Positions 17,124 to 25,877 of a stretch of DNA of 64,000 nt are shown piece after piece. The notes below the pieces were generated by a model that was not told the DNA's origin, made no database searches, and worked only from the letters and a program-made list of their open reading frames with translations. The position numbers and the translations under genes were made by a program. The stretch spans positions 623,614-687,613 of the forward strand of contig JAXLRA010000006.1 of assembly GCA_046331345.1 (NCBI GenBank). Direction: 5' to 3'. The stretch comes from Vicinamibacterales bacterium. GTDB lineage: Bacteria > Acidobacteriota > Vicinamibacteria > Vicinamibacterales > CAVVIG01. Each line of letters opens with the position of its first letter. The first letter of the stretch is position 1.

Positions 17124-19337
17124 TCAGGAAACAGGCGAGAGCGAGAGCTCGAGGATCTTGAGCCCCAGCTTGCGCCGGTCCTGCGAGCGCCACTCGGCCT
17201 CGGCCGGCACGTAGACGTGGCTGCTCTCGATCGTGAGATTCACCTCGGGCGCCGCCAGCAGCGACTGCGGAATCATCACGACGGTCGAGAATGCCTGATT
17301 GACGTCGAACTCGGTCGCCACGGTGTCGCCGACGCGGATCCTGACGTGCGACGTCTTTGCATGCTCGATCTCGCCGCGCAGCGTCAGCGCGAGGCCATGC
17401 CCCTCTGGACGGACGCGGAGCGTCGAGCTTCCGGAGGCCCACCGCCAGAGCACGCCGGTCCGCGGGTTGTATTCCTGCTCGTTCCATCCCTCGCCGTAGC
17501 CGAAGACGACCTGGCCGGCAGGGGCCGCATCGAACTGCTCAATCGCCAGTTCGGGACTGTTCGACGCGATGGTGACCTCGGCGTAGTCGCCGGGCACGTC
17601 GATGGGCGGCACCGGAATCATGCGCAGGAAGAATCCGGGCGCGATCGACTCAGCGAGCAGCTGACGCCCTGCCACTGACACGGTGAGCGTCGCGTCAGGG
17701 CCGGCATTGGCCAGGTTCCGGCCTCCGACCATCAGGACCGCAGGGGCGGGGTAGCGGCGGACCCAGCCGGAGATCGGCCCGTAGCCCGGTCCCTTGCGGT
17801 CCTCGCGCGCGGTCCCGGCCGTTTCCGGTGTCAGGGCCCAGCCTTCGCCCAGGTACCAGTCCGGCCGGTCGATCACGTGCCAGTCCATCTCGTTCGGACG
17901 TGCGCCGCCGAGCAGGATCGTCGTGGAGAACGGCCACCGGTAGGTCACCGGACGCTTCGCATACTTGAACAGCGCCAGATCGCTGCGCAGCGGATCGGCA
18001 ATGAACCAGATCGGCTCGCGGCCGCCGCCGTTCAGGTACTTCACCACTTCGAGCCACTCGTGCTTCGGCGGCGTCGTGAGCCGCTGCGCGAACGACGGGA
18101 GCCGATCGCCCACCCACTGAATCGGACGCCGGAAGTCGTAGTACTCCTTCCGGTGCATCGCCAGCACCGGCGTCATCGGCACCGCAGCCCCCTCTGGCGT
18201 GGCGGCCACATGCATGTCCTCGAGCAGGCGGAACGCCGGCGCGTCCATGCTGGCGAAGCCGGCCATGGCGCGATCGTTCACGTAGGCGCTGCCCGCCACC
18301 AGGGCCAGGCTCAGCACCGCCGGCAGCGACGCCGGCAGCAGGGATGCGCCCCGCACGGCAAGGTACCCCATGGGGATCACGAGCGGCAGCGCGTAGCGGG
18401 TGGTGATCGTTTCCTGGAAGAGCAGGTCGAACACGAGGTACGGACCGTACGCGACGAGCAGGGTGGTCAGCGCCGACCGCGTCCGCATGGCCATCACCAC
18501 GAACCCGGCCACGGCGAGCACGAGCACCGCGGCGGCGATCCACCACTCCCCCCACGGCCCGAGGAAGTGATACTGGAACGCGAGGATCGCCTGGCGCGGT
18601 GTCGGCGTGGTGGCCAGCATCGCGACACCGCTCAGGTCTTCGGCACCCTGGCTGTAGAACACCTTCAGGTACGCCGAGGGTCCTCCGGATACGAGCACCA
18701 GCGGGATGAACCACGCCAGGCCGCCGACCGCATACGCCACAAGGCCGCGGACCGCCCCGCGCATCCGCTCGGCCGCGGGCAAACGCAGGACCGCCAGCAC
18801 CAGCACCGGCAGCGTGAGCCACACGACCTGCGACCTGATGCCGGCGGCGAAGGCCGCGAGGAACGCCGCAGGCACGAGGGCTCCGGCCGTCCCCGCCGAC
18901 AGCAGCATCGCCTGGACCGCGATCGACGCCGCCAGCCCGGTCACGTCGCTCAGCGGGCGCGCTGCAGTGAACCAGAAGAGCGGACTCGTGCCCACGACGA
19001 GCACGGCCAGCCAGGTGTGGGAGCCGTCGCCGCGAACGCGATCGAGCTGCGCGAACAGCCACATCAGGGCGAGGAACGCGAGCCCGCCCGCGATGATGCC
19101 GAGGAGGCTCAGCGCGTGCACCTCCGAGAGCCCGACCGCGTGCAGGAGCTTCGCGGCTCCGATGTACAGCGGATACCCCGGCGGATGCGGCTGGTGCTGG
19201 GAGATGTCGTACTGCCGGATCCCGAGCGCGAAGTTGATCGAGTCCAGGTCCTCGAGGGTCGGCGGAAGGAACGGCAGGTGGAGGGCGATGAACAGCGCGC
19301 CCAGGACACCGCCCGTCAGTCGTTGGGTGCGCGTCAC
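17124..19337 (-). CDS. GT-C-type membrane glycosyltransferase (DUF2723/PMT-like) with a C-terminal soluble domain
   Basis: 737 aa with many transmembrane segments. The N-terminus reads LEDLDSINFALGIRQYDISQHQPHPPGYPLY (DUF2723-like D-x-...HPPGYPL). Its GTG start overlaps the larE stop (GTGA). Confidence 0.7.
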   Translation of the reverse strand: MTRTQRLTGGVLGALFIALHLPFLPPTLEDLDSINFALGIRQYDISQHQPHPPGYPLYIGAAKLLHAVGLSEVHALSLLGIIAGGLAFLALMWLFAQLDRVRGDGSHTWLAVLVVGTSPLFWFTAARPLSDVTGLAASIAVQAMLLSAGTAGALVPAAFLAAFAAGIRSQVVWLTLPVLVLAVLRLPAAERMRGAVRGLVAYAVGGLAWFIPLVLVSGGPSAYLKVFYSQGAEDLSGVAMLATTPTPRQAILAFQYHFLGPWGEWWIAAAVLVLAVAGFVVMAMRTRSALTTLLVAYGPYLVFDLLFQETITTRYALPLVIPMGYLAVRGASLLPASLPAVLSLALVAGSAYVNDRAMAGFASMDAPAFRLLEDMHVAATPEGAAVPMTPVLAMHRKEYYDFRRPIQWVGDRLPSFAQRLTTPPKHEWLEVVKYLNGGGREPIWFIADPLRSDLALFKYAKRPVTYRWPFSTTILLGGARPNEMDWHVIDRPDWYLGEGWALTPETAGTAREDRKGPGYGPISGWVRRYPAPAVLMVGGRNLANAGPDATLTVSVAGRQLLAESIAPGFFLRMIPVPPIDVPGDYAEVTIASNSPELAIEQFDAAPAGQVVFGYGEGWNEQEYNPRTGVLWRWASGSSTLRVRPEGHGLALTLRGEIEHAKTSHVRIRVGDTVATEFDVNQAFSTVVMIPQSLLAAPEVNLTIESSHVYVPAEAEWRSQDRRKLGLKILELSLSPVS

Positions 19338-20143
19338 GCCGGTCGGAGCAGCAGACCCTCGTTCAGGCTGCCGGTCCGGTAGCCCTGGAGGTCGATGGTG
19401 ACGTAGCGGTAGCCGATGGCCTTGAGCTCGCGGACGAGCGTGGCGCTCATCTCCGGTTCGAGCGCACGGCTGAGTTCAGCGCGTCCGAGTTCGATCCGCG
19501 CGAGATCGTCGTGATGCCTGACCCGGCACACACGGAACCCGTGTCCGCGCAGCACGGTCTCGGCGCGCTCGATCGTACGCAGCTTCTCGTCCGTCACTTC
19601 CGAGTGATACGGGATGCGGGACGAGAGGCACGCCGACGCCGGCTCGTCCCACACGGGCAGGCCGGCCGCCCGCGCGAGCTGGCGAATGTCGTCCTTCCCG
19701 AGGTTCGCCTCGTCGAGCGGACTGCGGACGCCGAACTCACGCGCGGCCTGCCGCCCCGGGCGGTAGTCGCCGCGGTCGTCCGCGTTGTTCCCGTCCACGA
19801 CGACAGCTCCCCGCTCCGCCGCGATGCGCGACAGGTGCGTGTAGAGCTCGTGCTTGCAGTAGTAGCAGCGGTTGGCCGGATTGGCCCGGTACTCGGGCCG
19901 CTCGAGTTCGCTGGTGTGGATGACTTCGTGACGCAGCCCGAACTGTACGGCAATCTGCGTGGCCATCTGCCGATGGCGCTCGGGATAGCTGGGGCTGTCA
20001 GCCGTGATGGCAACAGCGCGGTCGCCCAGGAGGTCGTTGGCCACCCAGGCCAGATATGCGCTGTCGACGCCGCCGCTGTAGGCGACGACGACGGAGCCCA
20101 GCGAGGAGAGCGTGTCCCGCAGGGCCCGTTCCTTCTCGGTCAT
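19334..20143 (-). CDS. larE: LarE-type ATP-dependent PP-loop sulfur transferase (TIGR00268 family)
   Basis: It has the PP-loop VAYSGGVDS and three conserved Cys (NRCYYCK and SACLSSRIPY). Confidence 0.8.
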   Translation of the reverse strand: MTEKERALRDTLSSLGSVVVAYSGGVDSAYLAWVANDLLGDRAVAITADSPSYPERHRQMATQIAVQFGLRHEVIHTSELERPEYRANPANRCYYCKHELYTHLSRIAAERGAVVVDGNNADDRGDYRPGRQAAREFGVRSPLDEANLGKDDIRQLARAAGLPVWDEPASACLSSRIPYHSEVTDEKLRTIERAETVLRGHGFRVCRVRHHDDLARIELGRAELSRALEPEMSATLVRELKAIGYRYVTIDLQGYRTGSLNEGLLLRPA

Positions 20144-20391
20144 TCCTCTTCCCAGTCCGCTCCGTCCTCGTCGTCCTCGTCCTCGTCTTCGTCGTCGAGG
20201 TCGTCGTCCTCGTCCTCGAGGTCGTCGTCTTCGTCCTCGTCGTCGTCATCGGGAGCGAAGTCGAGTTCCAGGGGATCCGTGTTGCTGACCACGAGCGTCT
20301 GCCCGCATTCGGGGCAGCTCACCTCGTCGCCGAGATCGCTATCGGTCTCGTCCACTTCGACTTCAGCATCACACTCTGGGCAGGTGGCCAT
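20140..20391 (-). CDS. LysW-like zinc-ribbon protein with an expanded poly-acidic C-terminal tail
   Basis: ORF 20140..20538 trimmed to ATG 20391. The sequence is MATCPECDAEVEVDETDSDLGDEVSCPECGQTLVVSNTDPLELDFAP followed by about 35 D/E residues and ending GADWEEE. Its stop overlaps the larE ATG (ATGA). Confidence 0.7.
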   Translation of the reverse strand: MATCPECDAEVEVDETDSDLGDEVSCPECGQTLVVSNTDPLELDFAPDDDDEDEDDDLEDEDDDLDDEDEDEDDEDGADWEEE

Positions 20392-20546
20392 ACAATTCCT
20401 CGTCAGGAGCGTCGACGTGCTGGCAATTCTCACAACGCCGTGCCAGAATCCGCCGGGCGCGCTCGCGATAAGAACGAAAGTATAGCGACTTCCCGCGCAT
20501 CGCTGCAATGCGCGGCACCGGCCTCCACCGCTCAGCATCTCCGCCG

Positions 20547-21266
20547 ATGACCAGCACTGCCGGCCACACCAAGACCGTCCTCGTCGCCGACGACACGGCG
20601 TTCGTGCGCGATCGTTTCAGGATCGCCCTCGAGCAGGCCGGCCACCACGTCGTCCTCGTCGCCACCGCCGACGAACTCCGCACCTGCATCGAGGATGACC
20701 CTGACGGCATCGACCTGCTGCTGCTCGACCTGCGCCTGTCCGACTCGACCGGGACGACGCTCGTCAGCGACATCCGCCGCCTCGAGGACCGGCGCCTGCC
20801 GATTCTCGTCTTCAGCGGCACGGTGCGCGGCGCGGACGACGTCAGGGCGCTCGCCAGGCTTGGGGTGTCGGGCTACATCAACGAATACAGCACCGCGCAG
20901 CACATCGTGCCGGCGGTGTCCCCGCACCTCTTTCCGGACAACTTCAACCGCCGCAGTGGTCCCCGCGTCACCGTCGGCATCCCCGTGCAATACCGCTTCG
21001 GGAACACGGTGGCCGCGGCCGTGACGCTGAACCTGAGTCATGGCGGCATCGCCATCCGCACGACGAGCCCGCTCGATGCCGGCACGCGCGTACGGGTGCG
21101 ATTCAAACTTCCGGGCACCGACACCGACACGGACGCCAACGGCCGGGTGGTGTGGAGCCTGCGGCGGCTCGGCATGGGCATCCAGTTCGAGTCGGTGGAC
21201 CTCCAGCAGCAGGCGCAGATCGACAGCTACGTCGACGCGCACGTCGCGACCGGCCGCAAGGGCTGA
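20547..21266 (+). CDS. response regulator with a C-terminal PilZ (c-di-GMP-binding) domain
   Basis: The REC domain reads VLVADD...LLLLDLRL...ILVFSG. The PilZ motifs are RRSGPR and NLSHGGIAIRT. Confidence 0.8.
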   Translation: MTSTAGHTKTVLVADDTAFVRDRFRIALEQAGHHVVLVATADELRTCIEDDPDGIDLLLLDLRLSDSTGTTLVSDIRRLEDRRLPILVFSGTVRGADDVRALARLGVSGYINEYSTAQHIVPAVSPHLFPDNFNRRSGPRVTVGIPVQYRFGNTVAAAVTLNLSHGGIAIRTTSPLDAGTRVRVRFKLPGTDTDTDANGRVVWSLRRLGMGIQFESVDLQQQAQIDSYVDAHVATGRKG

Positions 21267-21294
21267 ACGCGGCCAACCGACGCTCCGGCCTAGA

Positions 21295-22626
21295 ATGGCT
21301 GGCATGGAGCACACGCTCTCGGAAGTCCTCTGGCGCCTCGCGGCGGTCATGCTGCTCGTGTTCGCGAACGGATTCTTCGTCGCCGCCGAGTTCGCCATCG
21401 TGACGGTCCGGAAGACCCGCATCGACCAGCTGATCGCGGAAGGGCACACGGGTGCGAAGGCGGTACGTCGCGCGATCAGCGACCCCGACAGCTACATCGC
21501 CGCCACGCAGCTCGGCATTACCATGGCGAGCCTGGGCCTCGGCTGGATCGGCGAACCGGCGCTCGCCGGACTGGTCCACCCGGCGGTGACCTTCCTGCCG
21601 ACCGGCCTGGCTGAAGCAACCGCGCACAGCATTTCCGTGGCCGTGGCATTCGCCATCATGACAGCCCTGCACATCACGCTGGGCGAGCTCGCGCCGAAGA
21701 CCATTGCACTCGAGCGGTCCGAAGCCACGGCAATGGTGGTCGTGAAGCCGACGGAACTCTTCATGCGCGGGTTCCGGCCGTTCATCACCCTGCTGAACGG
21801 AGCGGGGCGGGCTGTCGTGCGGCTGATCGGGCTGCGTGGCGCCGAGGGGCACTCGATGGTGCACTCCGAAGAGGAGCTGAAGATGCTCGTCACCGCGAGC
21901 CAGGAGGCCGGCGTCCTCGAGGAGGGCGAGGAGCAGATGCTCCACCGTGTCTTCGACTTCGCGGACCTGACGGCCGGGCAGGTGATGGTGCCCCGGACCG
22001 AGGTGGTGGCCGTCGAGGCGGACACCGCCGGCGATGAACTCCTGGCGAAGATCGGCGGGGCGGGGCTCGCGACGATTCCGGTCTACCGGGACGACCTGGA
22101 CAACGTCGTCGGCATGCTGCACATGGTGGACGTGGTCAGGGCCATGGCCGGCGGGCGGACCGACTTCTCGGCGGGCTCCCTCGCGCGCGAGACGCTGAAC
22201 GTGCCCGAGACCATGGCGGCCGACGACCTGCTCGCCTCACTCCGCCAGAAGCGCGTGCGGGAAGCCATCGTGATCGACGAGTACGGCGGCACCGCCGGCC
22301 TGGTCACGTTCGAATGGCTGATGGAACGCATCGTCGGCGCCTCGGGCGCCGGAACGGTGGTCGTGCACCAGGACGGGTCGGCGGACGTGGACGGGCTCAC
22401 GCTGGTCACCGACGTGAACGAGCAGTTCGGCCTGAGCATCGACGAGAACACCTTCACGACGCTTGGCGGATTCGTGCTGGGCCGCGTCGGCCGCCGGGCG
22501 CGCCTCGGCGACACGTTCGAGGTCGAGGGGCGCCGCATGAAGGTCATCGGGCTCGATGGCCTGCGGGTCTCGAAGGTGTGGATATCACCCGCCTCGCCCG
22601 CGGGCTCGGCGGAACCGAGAAGTTAG
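21295..22626 (+). CDS. CNNM/TlyC-family hemolysin-like protein (DUF21, CBS pair, CorC_HlyC)
   Basis: ORF 21040..22626 trimmed to ATG 21295 (ATG 21304 is also possible). The sequence reads LLVFANGFFVAAEFAIVTVRKTRI...HSMVHSEEELKMLV...AIVIDEYGGTAGLVT. Confidence 0.88.
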   Translation: MAGMEHTLSEVLWRLAAVMLLVFANGFFVAAEFAIVTVRKTRIDQLIAEGHTGAKAVRRAISDPDSYIAATQLGITMASLGLGWIGEPALAGLVHPAVTFLPTGLAEATAHSISVAVAFAIMTALHITLGELAPKTIALERSEATAMVVVKPTELFMRGFRPFITLLNGAGRAVVRLIGLRGAEGHSMVHSEEELKMLVTASQEAGVLEEGEEQMLHRVFDFADLTAGQVMVPRTEVVAVEADTAGDELLAKIGGAGLATIPVYRDDLDNVVGMLHMVDVVRAMAGGRTDFSAGSLARETLNVPETMAADDLLASLRQKRVREAIVIDEYGGTAGLVTFEWLMERIVGASGAGTVVVHQDGSADVDGLTLVTDVNEQFGLSIDENTFTTLGGFVLGRVGRRARLGDTFEVEGRRMKVIGLDGLRVSKVWISPASPAGSAEPRS

Positions 22627-22690
22627 AACTCAGAATTCAGAAGTGAACTTCTGAACGGCCAGTTCTGATTTCTGACTTCAGAGTTCTAGG
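22621..22690. repeat. convergent pair of TAG-anchored heptad 3' elements (candidate bidirectional terminator)
   Basis: Plus strand: TAG AACTCAG AATTCAG AAGTGAA. Minus strand: TAG AACTCTG AAGTCAG AAATCAG. Each TAG is the stop codon of the flanking gene, and the arms match at 17/19 positions. Confidence 0.75.
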
Positions 22691-24824
22691 TTCTGCGCAG
22701 CAGCCGCAGCGCGTTCGCGACGACGATGACCGACGCGCCCGTGTCGGCGAGGACGGCCATCCAGAGCGTGGCGTAGCCGAACAGGGCGGCGACGACGAAG
22801 AGGAACTTCAGCCCGAGCGAGATGGCGAGGTTCGTCTTGATGTTGCTGACCGTCGCGCGGCTCAGCCGGAGCGCGAACGGCAGTTTCATCAGTTCATCCG
22901 CCATCAGGGCCACGTCCGCGGTTTCGAGGGCGGCTTCGCTGCCGGCCGCGCCCATGGCGATGCCGACGTCGGCCGAGGCGAGGGCCGGCGCGTCGTTGAT
23001 GCCGTCGCCCACCATCGCGACCACGCCGTACCGGCTTCGCAGGTTCCCGATCGCGGTGACCTTGTCCTCGGGCAGCAGGTCGGCGCAGTACTCGTCCACG
23101 CCGAGCGCCGCGGCGATCGTGCGCGCCGTGCCGTCGCTGTCCCCCGTCAGCATCGCGACCGACGCGATCTGCTGTTCCTTCAGCATGGCGACCGCGTCGC
23201 GGCTGGCCGGCCGCGGCTGATCGGCCACTTCGATCATGCCCACTGGAGTGCCGTTCTTCGCGACGAGCACCGCCGTGCGTCCGGTCGCGGCGATCGCCTC
23301 GATGCGCGCGTGCAGTGTGGGATGGCAGAGTCCGCGCTCCTCGAACAGGCGGTGATTACCGACGAGCACCGCCTCCCCGTCCACGTGCCCCTCGGCACCC
23401 TTTCCCGGGAGCGCGATCACGTCGCTGGCGTGCACGGGCGCCAGTCCGCGCGAACCAGCCTCGTGGACAATGGCGGCGGCGATGGGATGCTCGGATCGGC
23501 GTTCGACCGCGGCGGCGAGCGCGATGATGGCGTCGGGCGCCAGGCCGTCGAGCGCGGATACCTCGACGACATCCGGCTTGCCCCTCGTGAGGGTGCCGGT
23601 CTTGTCGAATGCGATGCAGCGGACCTCCGCGAGCCGTTCGAGGTGGGCGCCGCCCTTGATGAGCACACCCTGCCGCGCCGCGCCGGCCAGCGCCGACACG
23701 ATCGAGACCGGCGTCGAGATGACGAGTGCGCACGGGCACGCGACGACGAGCAGCACCAGCGACCGGTAGAACCACTCGTACGGCGTCCCGCCCATGAAGG
23801 CGGGTCCCATCACAGCCAGCCAGACGGCGAGGCCGATGACGACCGGGGTGTAGCCCTTCGAGAACTTCTCGATGAAGGCCTGGGACGGCGCACGCTGGGC
23901 CTGGGCCTGCTCGACCAGGTGGATGATGCGGGCGAGCCGCGTGTCCCGGCGCAGGCGCGTGATGCGCACCTCGAGCGCGCCGTAGCCGTTGATGCTGCCG
24001 GCGAACACTTCGTCGCCGGGGCCCTTGTCGGCCGGAAGCGATTCGCCGGTGACCGGCGCCTGGTTCAGTGCGCTTGTGCCGCTGACGATGAGGCCGTCGA
24101 CCGCGAGTTTCTCGCCGGGCTTCACGATGGCGAGGGAACCGGGCGCGGCCTGATCGACCGGTACCCGGCGCTCGTGCCCGCCGTCGCGGATCAGCACCTC
24201 GGTTGGGGCAAGGTCGATGAGCGCCCGGACAGCGGCCCGCGCGCGCTCGAGCGTGAAGGCTTCGAGCATCTGCGCCACCGCGAACAGGAACACCACGGCG
24301 GCGGCCTCGGCCCACTCGCCGAGCATGATCGCGCCGACCGTGGCGACGAGCATCAGCAGGTGGATGTCGAGCGACGCGTCCTTCAGCGAGTGCCAGGCCT
24401 TGCGCGCCGTGAGCACGAACGCCGACGCGAGCGACAGCGCGTAGCAGATCGTGACGTTGAGGGGGTCGGCCCCGGCGTACGCGAAGATGAGGGCGCCCAG
24501 GTACCACGCGGCAGACGCCGCGAGCCAGATGGCGCGCGTGCGGTTGGTCCGGTCTCCGGTCCGTACCGGTTCCTCGTGCTCGAGCCACGCGCGCATGCCG
24601 GCGTCGGCCACGGCGCCGGCAATGGCGGACGGCGTGAGCTTGGCGGCGTCGTACTTGACGTGGAGCTTCTGGCCCATGACGTCGGCGTGAAAGCCTTCCA
24701 GGCCGTGCATGTTCCGGAAGCGGCGCTCGAGCAGGGCCACTTCCTCGCGGCAGTCCATGCCTTCGATGCGGAACGTCGACTCGGCGTGGAGTTCGCAGAC
24801 CGTGCAGGTGCCCACGGTGGCCAT
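22686..24824 (-). CDS. heavy-metal-translocating P1B-type ATPase (Zn/Cd/Co-type)
   Basis: ORF trimmed to ATG 24824. It has an N-terminal HMA-like GMDCREEV, a transmembrane CPC motif (VVACPCALVISTP), DKTGTLT and GDGINDAP. Its start overlaps the arsR stop (ATGA). Confidence 0.92.
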   Translation of the reverse strand: MATVGTCTVCELHAESTFRIEGMDCREEVALLERRFRNMHGLEGFHADVMGQKLHVKYDAAKLTPSAIAGAVADAGMRAWLEHEEPVRTGDRTNRTRAIWLAASAAWYLGALIFAYAGADPLNVTICYALSLASAFVLTARKAWHSLKDASLDIHLLMLVATVGAIMLGEWAEAAAVVFLFAVAQMLEAFTLERARAAVRALIDLAPTEVLIRDGGHERRVPVDQAAPGSLAIVKPGEKLAVDGLIVSGTSALNQAPVTGESLPADKGPGDEVFAGSINGYGALEVRITRLRRDTRLARIIHLVEQAQAQRAPSQAFIEKFSKGYTPVVIGLAVWLAVMGPAFMGGTPYEWFYRSLVLLVVACPCALVISTPVSIVSALAGAARQGVLIKGGAHLERLAEVRCIAFDKTGTLTRGKPDVVEVSALDGLAPDAIIALAAAVERRSEHPIAAAIVHEAGSRGLAPVHASDVIALPGKGAEGHVDGEAVLVGNHRLFEERGLCHPTLHARIEAIAATGRTAVLVAKNGTPVGMIEVADQPRPASRDAVAMLKEQQIASVAMLTGDSDGTARTIAAALGVDEYCADLLPEDKVTAIGNLRSRYGVVAMVGDGINDAPALASADVGIAMGAAGSEAALETADVALMADELMKLPFALRLSRATVSNIKTNLAISLGLKFLFVVAALFGYATLWMAVLADTGASVIVVANALRLLRRT

Positions 24825-25162
24825 CAGCGCGCTCCCTTGCGTTCGAGGACGTGCTCGCGGGCCTGCTCGAACAGGCGGATGACGTGCTGGTCGTCGAGGG
24901 CGTAGAACACCTGCTGCCCCGCGCGCCGCTGGCGAACCAGCCGGGCTGTCCGCAGCAGCCTGAGCTGATGGGAGACGGCCGATTCGCTCACGCCGAGCAG
25001 GTCGGCCAGGTCGCCGACGCACCGCTCTTCGCGGGAGAGGACGTCCAGGATGCGCACGCGGGTGGCGTCGCCGAGGACCTTGAACGTGTCGGCCAGCTCG
25101 ACGACGAGGTCGGGCTCGAACAGCGCGGCCGGCCTCTCCTGAACATCTGAATAAGTGCTCAT
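24824..25162 (-). CDS. ArsR/SmtB-family metalloregulator with an alpha5-type site
   Basis: HTH region: LGDATRVRILDVLSREERCVGDLADLLGVSESAVSHQLRLL. The DQHVIRLFEQAREHVLE segment fits DxHx10Hx2E. Confidence 0.9.
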   Translation of the reverse strand: MSTYSDVQERPAALFEPDLVVELADTFKVLGDATRVRILDVLSREERCVGDLADLLGVSESAVSHQLRLLRTARLVRQRRAGQQVFYALDDQHVIRLFEQAREHVLERKGAR

Positions 25163-25169
25163 ATGTTCA
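25140..25169. promoter_or_regulatory. candidate ArsR/SmtB operator overlapping the arsR start codon
   Basis: TGAACATctgaataagtgctcatATGTTCA has 7-bp inverted TGAACAT arms. TGAACA half-sites are typical of SmtB/CzrA-type operators. Confidence 0.55.
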
Positions 25170-25186
25170 GAGTAGCACAGGTGAGG

Positions 25187-25232
25187 GCAGGCCCGCCTTC
25201 AGTTCTGACTTCTGACTTCTGAGTTCTAACGT
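25187..25232. repeat. TAG-anchored heptad 3' element after the peroxiredoxin gene
   Basis: The minus strand reads TAG AACTCAG AAGTCAG AAGTCAG AACTGAAGGCGGGCCTGCC. It matches the element after the ATPase stop at 27/29 positions. Confidence 0.75.
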
Positions 25233-25699
25233 CCCTGGAGCCCGGCCAACGTCGCGAAGACGGCGTCGTAACTCGGCTCGTTCCTCGCGTCCTCGAGCAC
25301 CTCGGCGTGCCGGACGATGCCCTGGGCGTCGATCACGAACACGGCGCGCTTCGAGATGCCGTGCAGGCCGATCATGTCCGGGTTGTAGCAGCCGTAGGCC
25401 TTGATGACCTCCTTGTTGAAGTCGCTCAGCAGGGAGAAGTTCAGCCCCTGGGCCGTACGGAACGCGTTGAGCGTGAAGAACGTGTCGACACTGATGCCGT
25501 ACACCGTCGCGTTCGCCGAGTTCAGCCGCGCCATCGAGTCGCGGAACGTGCAGAGCTCGGTGGTGCAGACCGACGAGAACGCCGCCGGGAAGAACGCGAG
25601 TACCACCGGATGCCCGGCCTGTGCGCTGAGCGTGACCGGCTGGCGATCCTGGTCGACGAGCGTGAAGTCCGGAGCCTTGGTTCCAACGTCTACAGACAT
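25226..25699 (-). CDS. peroxiredoxin (AhpC/TSA family)
   Basis: ORF trimmed to ATG 25699 with an AGGAGG Shine-Dalgarno. Active-site context: VVLAFFPAAFSSVCTTELC. Confidence 0.9.
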   Translation of the reverse strand: MSVDVGTKAPDFTLVDQDRQPVTLSAQAGHPVVLAFFPAAFSSVCTTELCTFRDSMARLNSANATVYGISVDTFFTLNAFRTAQGLNFSLLSDFNKEVIKAYGCYNPDMIGLHGISKRAVFVIDAQGIVRHAEVLEDARNEPSYDAVFATLAGLQGR

Positions 25700-25877
25700 G
25701 AATCCTCCTGCGCGCGTCCGGGGCACGCAGGCAACCACGAACGGCGAGTCGATGATGAATTTCCAAGCAGTCCTTTACGGCCGCCCGGCTACCCATTCTT
25801 CCACGCTTTCGGGTAGGATTTTCCGTTGGCGCGGCGCTCGCCTGCGCCTTCCTTCATCACATACCTAGGAGATAGTC

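Noticed and set aside
20143-20270. GTC/GTCGTC-rich simple-sequence tract as a non-coding microsatellite
   Set aside because: It is the in-frame poly-Asp/Glu tail of the LysW-like ORF (minus strand), ending in DWEEE directly before the coupled larE start.
22660-25228. Direct-repeat-flanked arsR/ATPase cassette interpreted as a transposon or IS
   Set aside because: There is no transposase, integrase or terminal inverted repeat. The flanking repeats are the same stop-codon-anchored element that also follows an unrelated gene on the other strand. I kept it only as a low-key recombination hypothesis.
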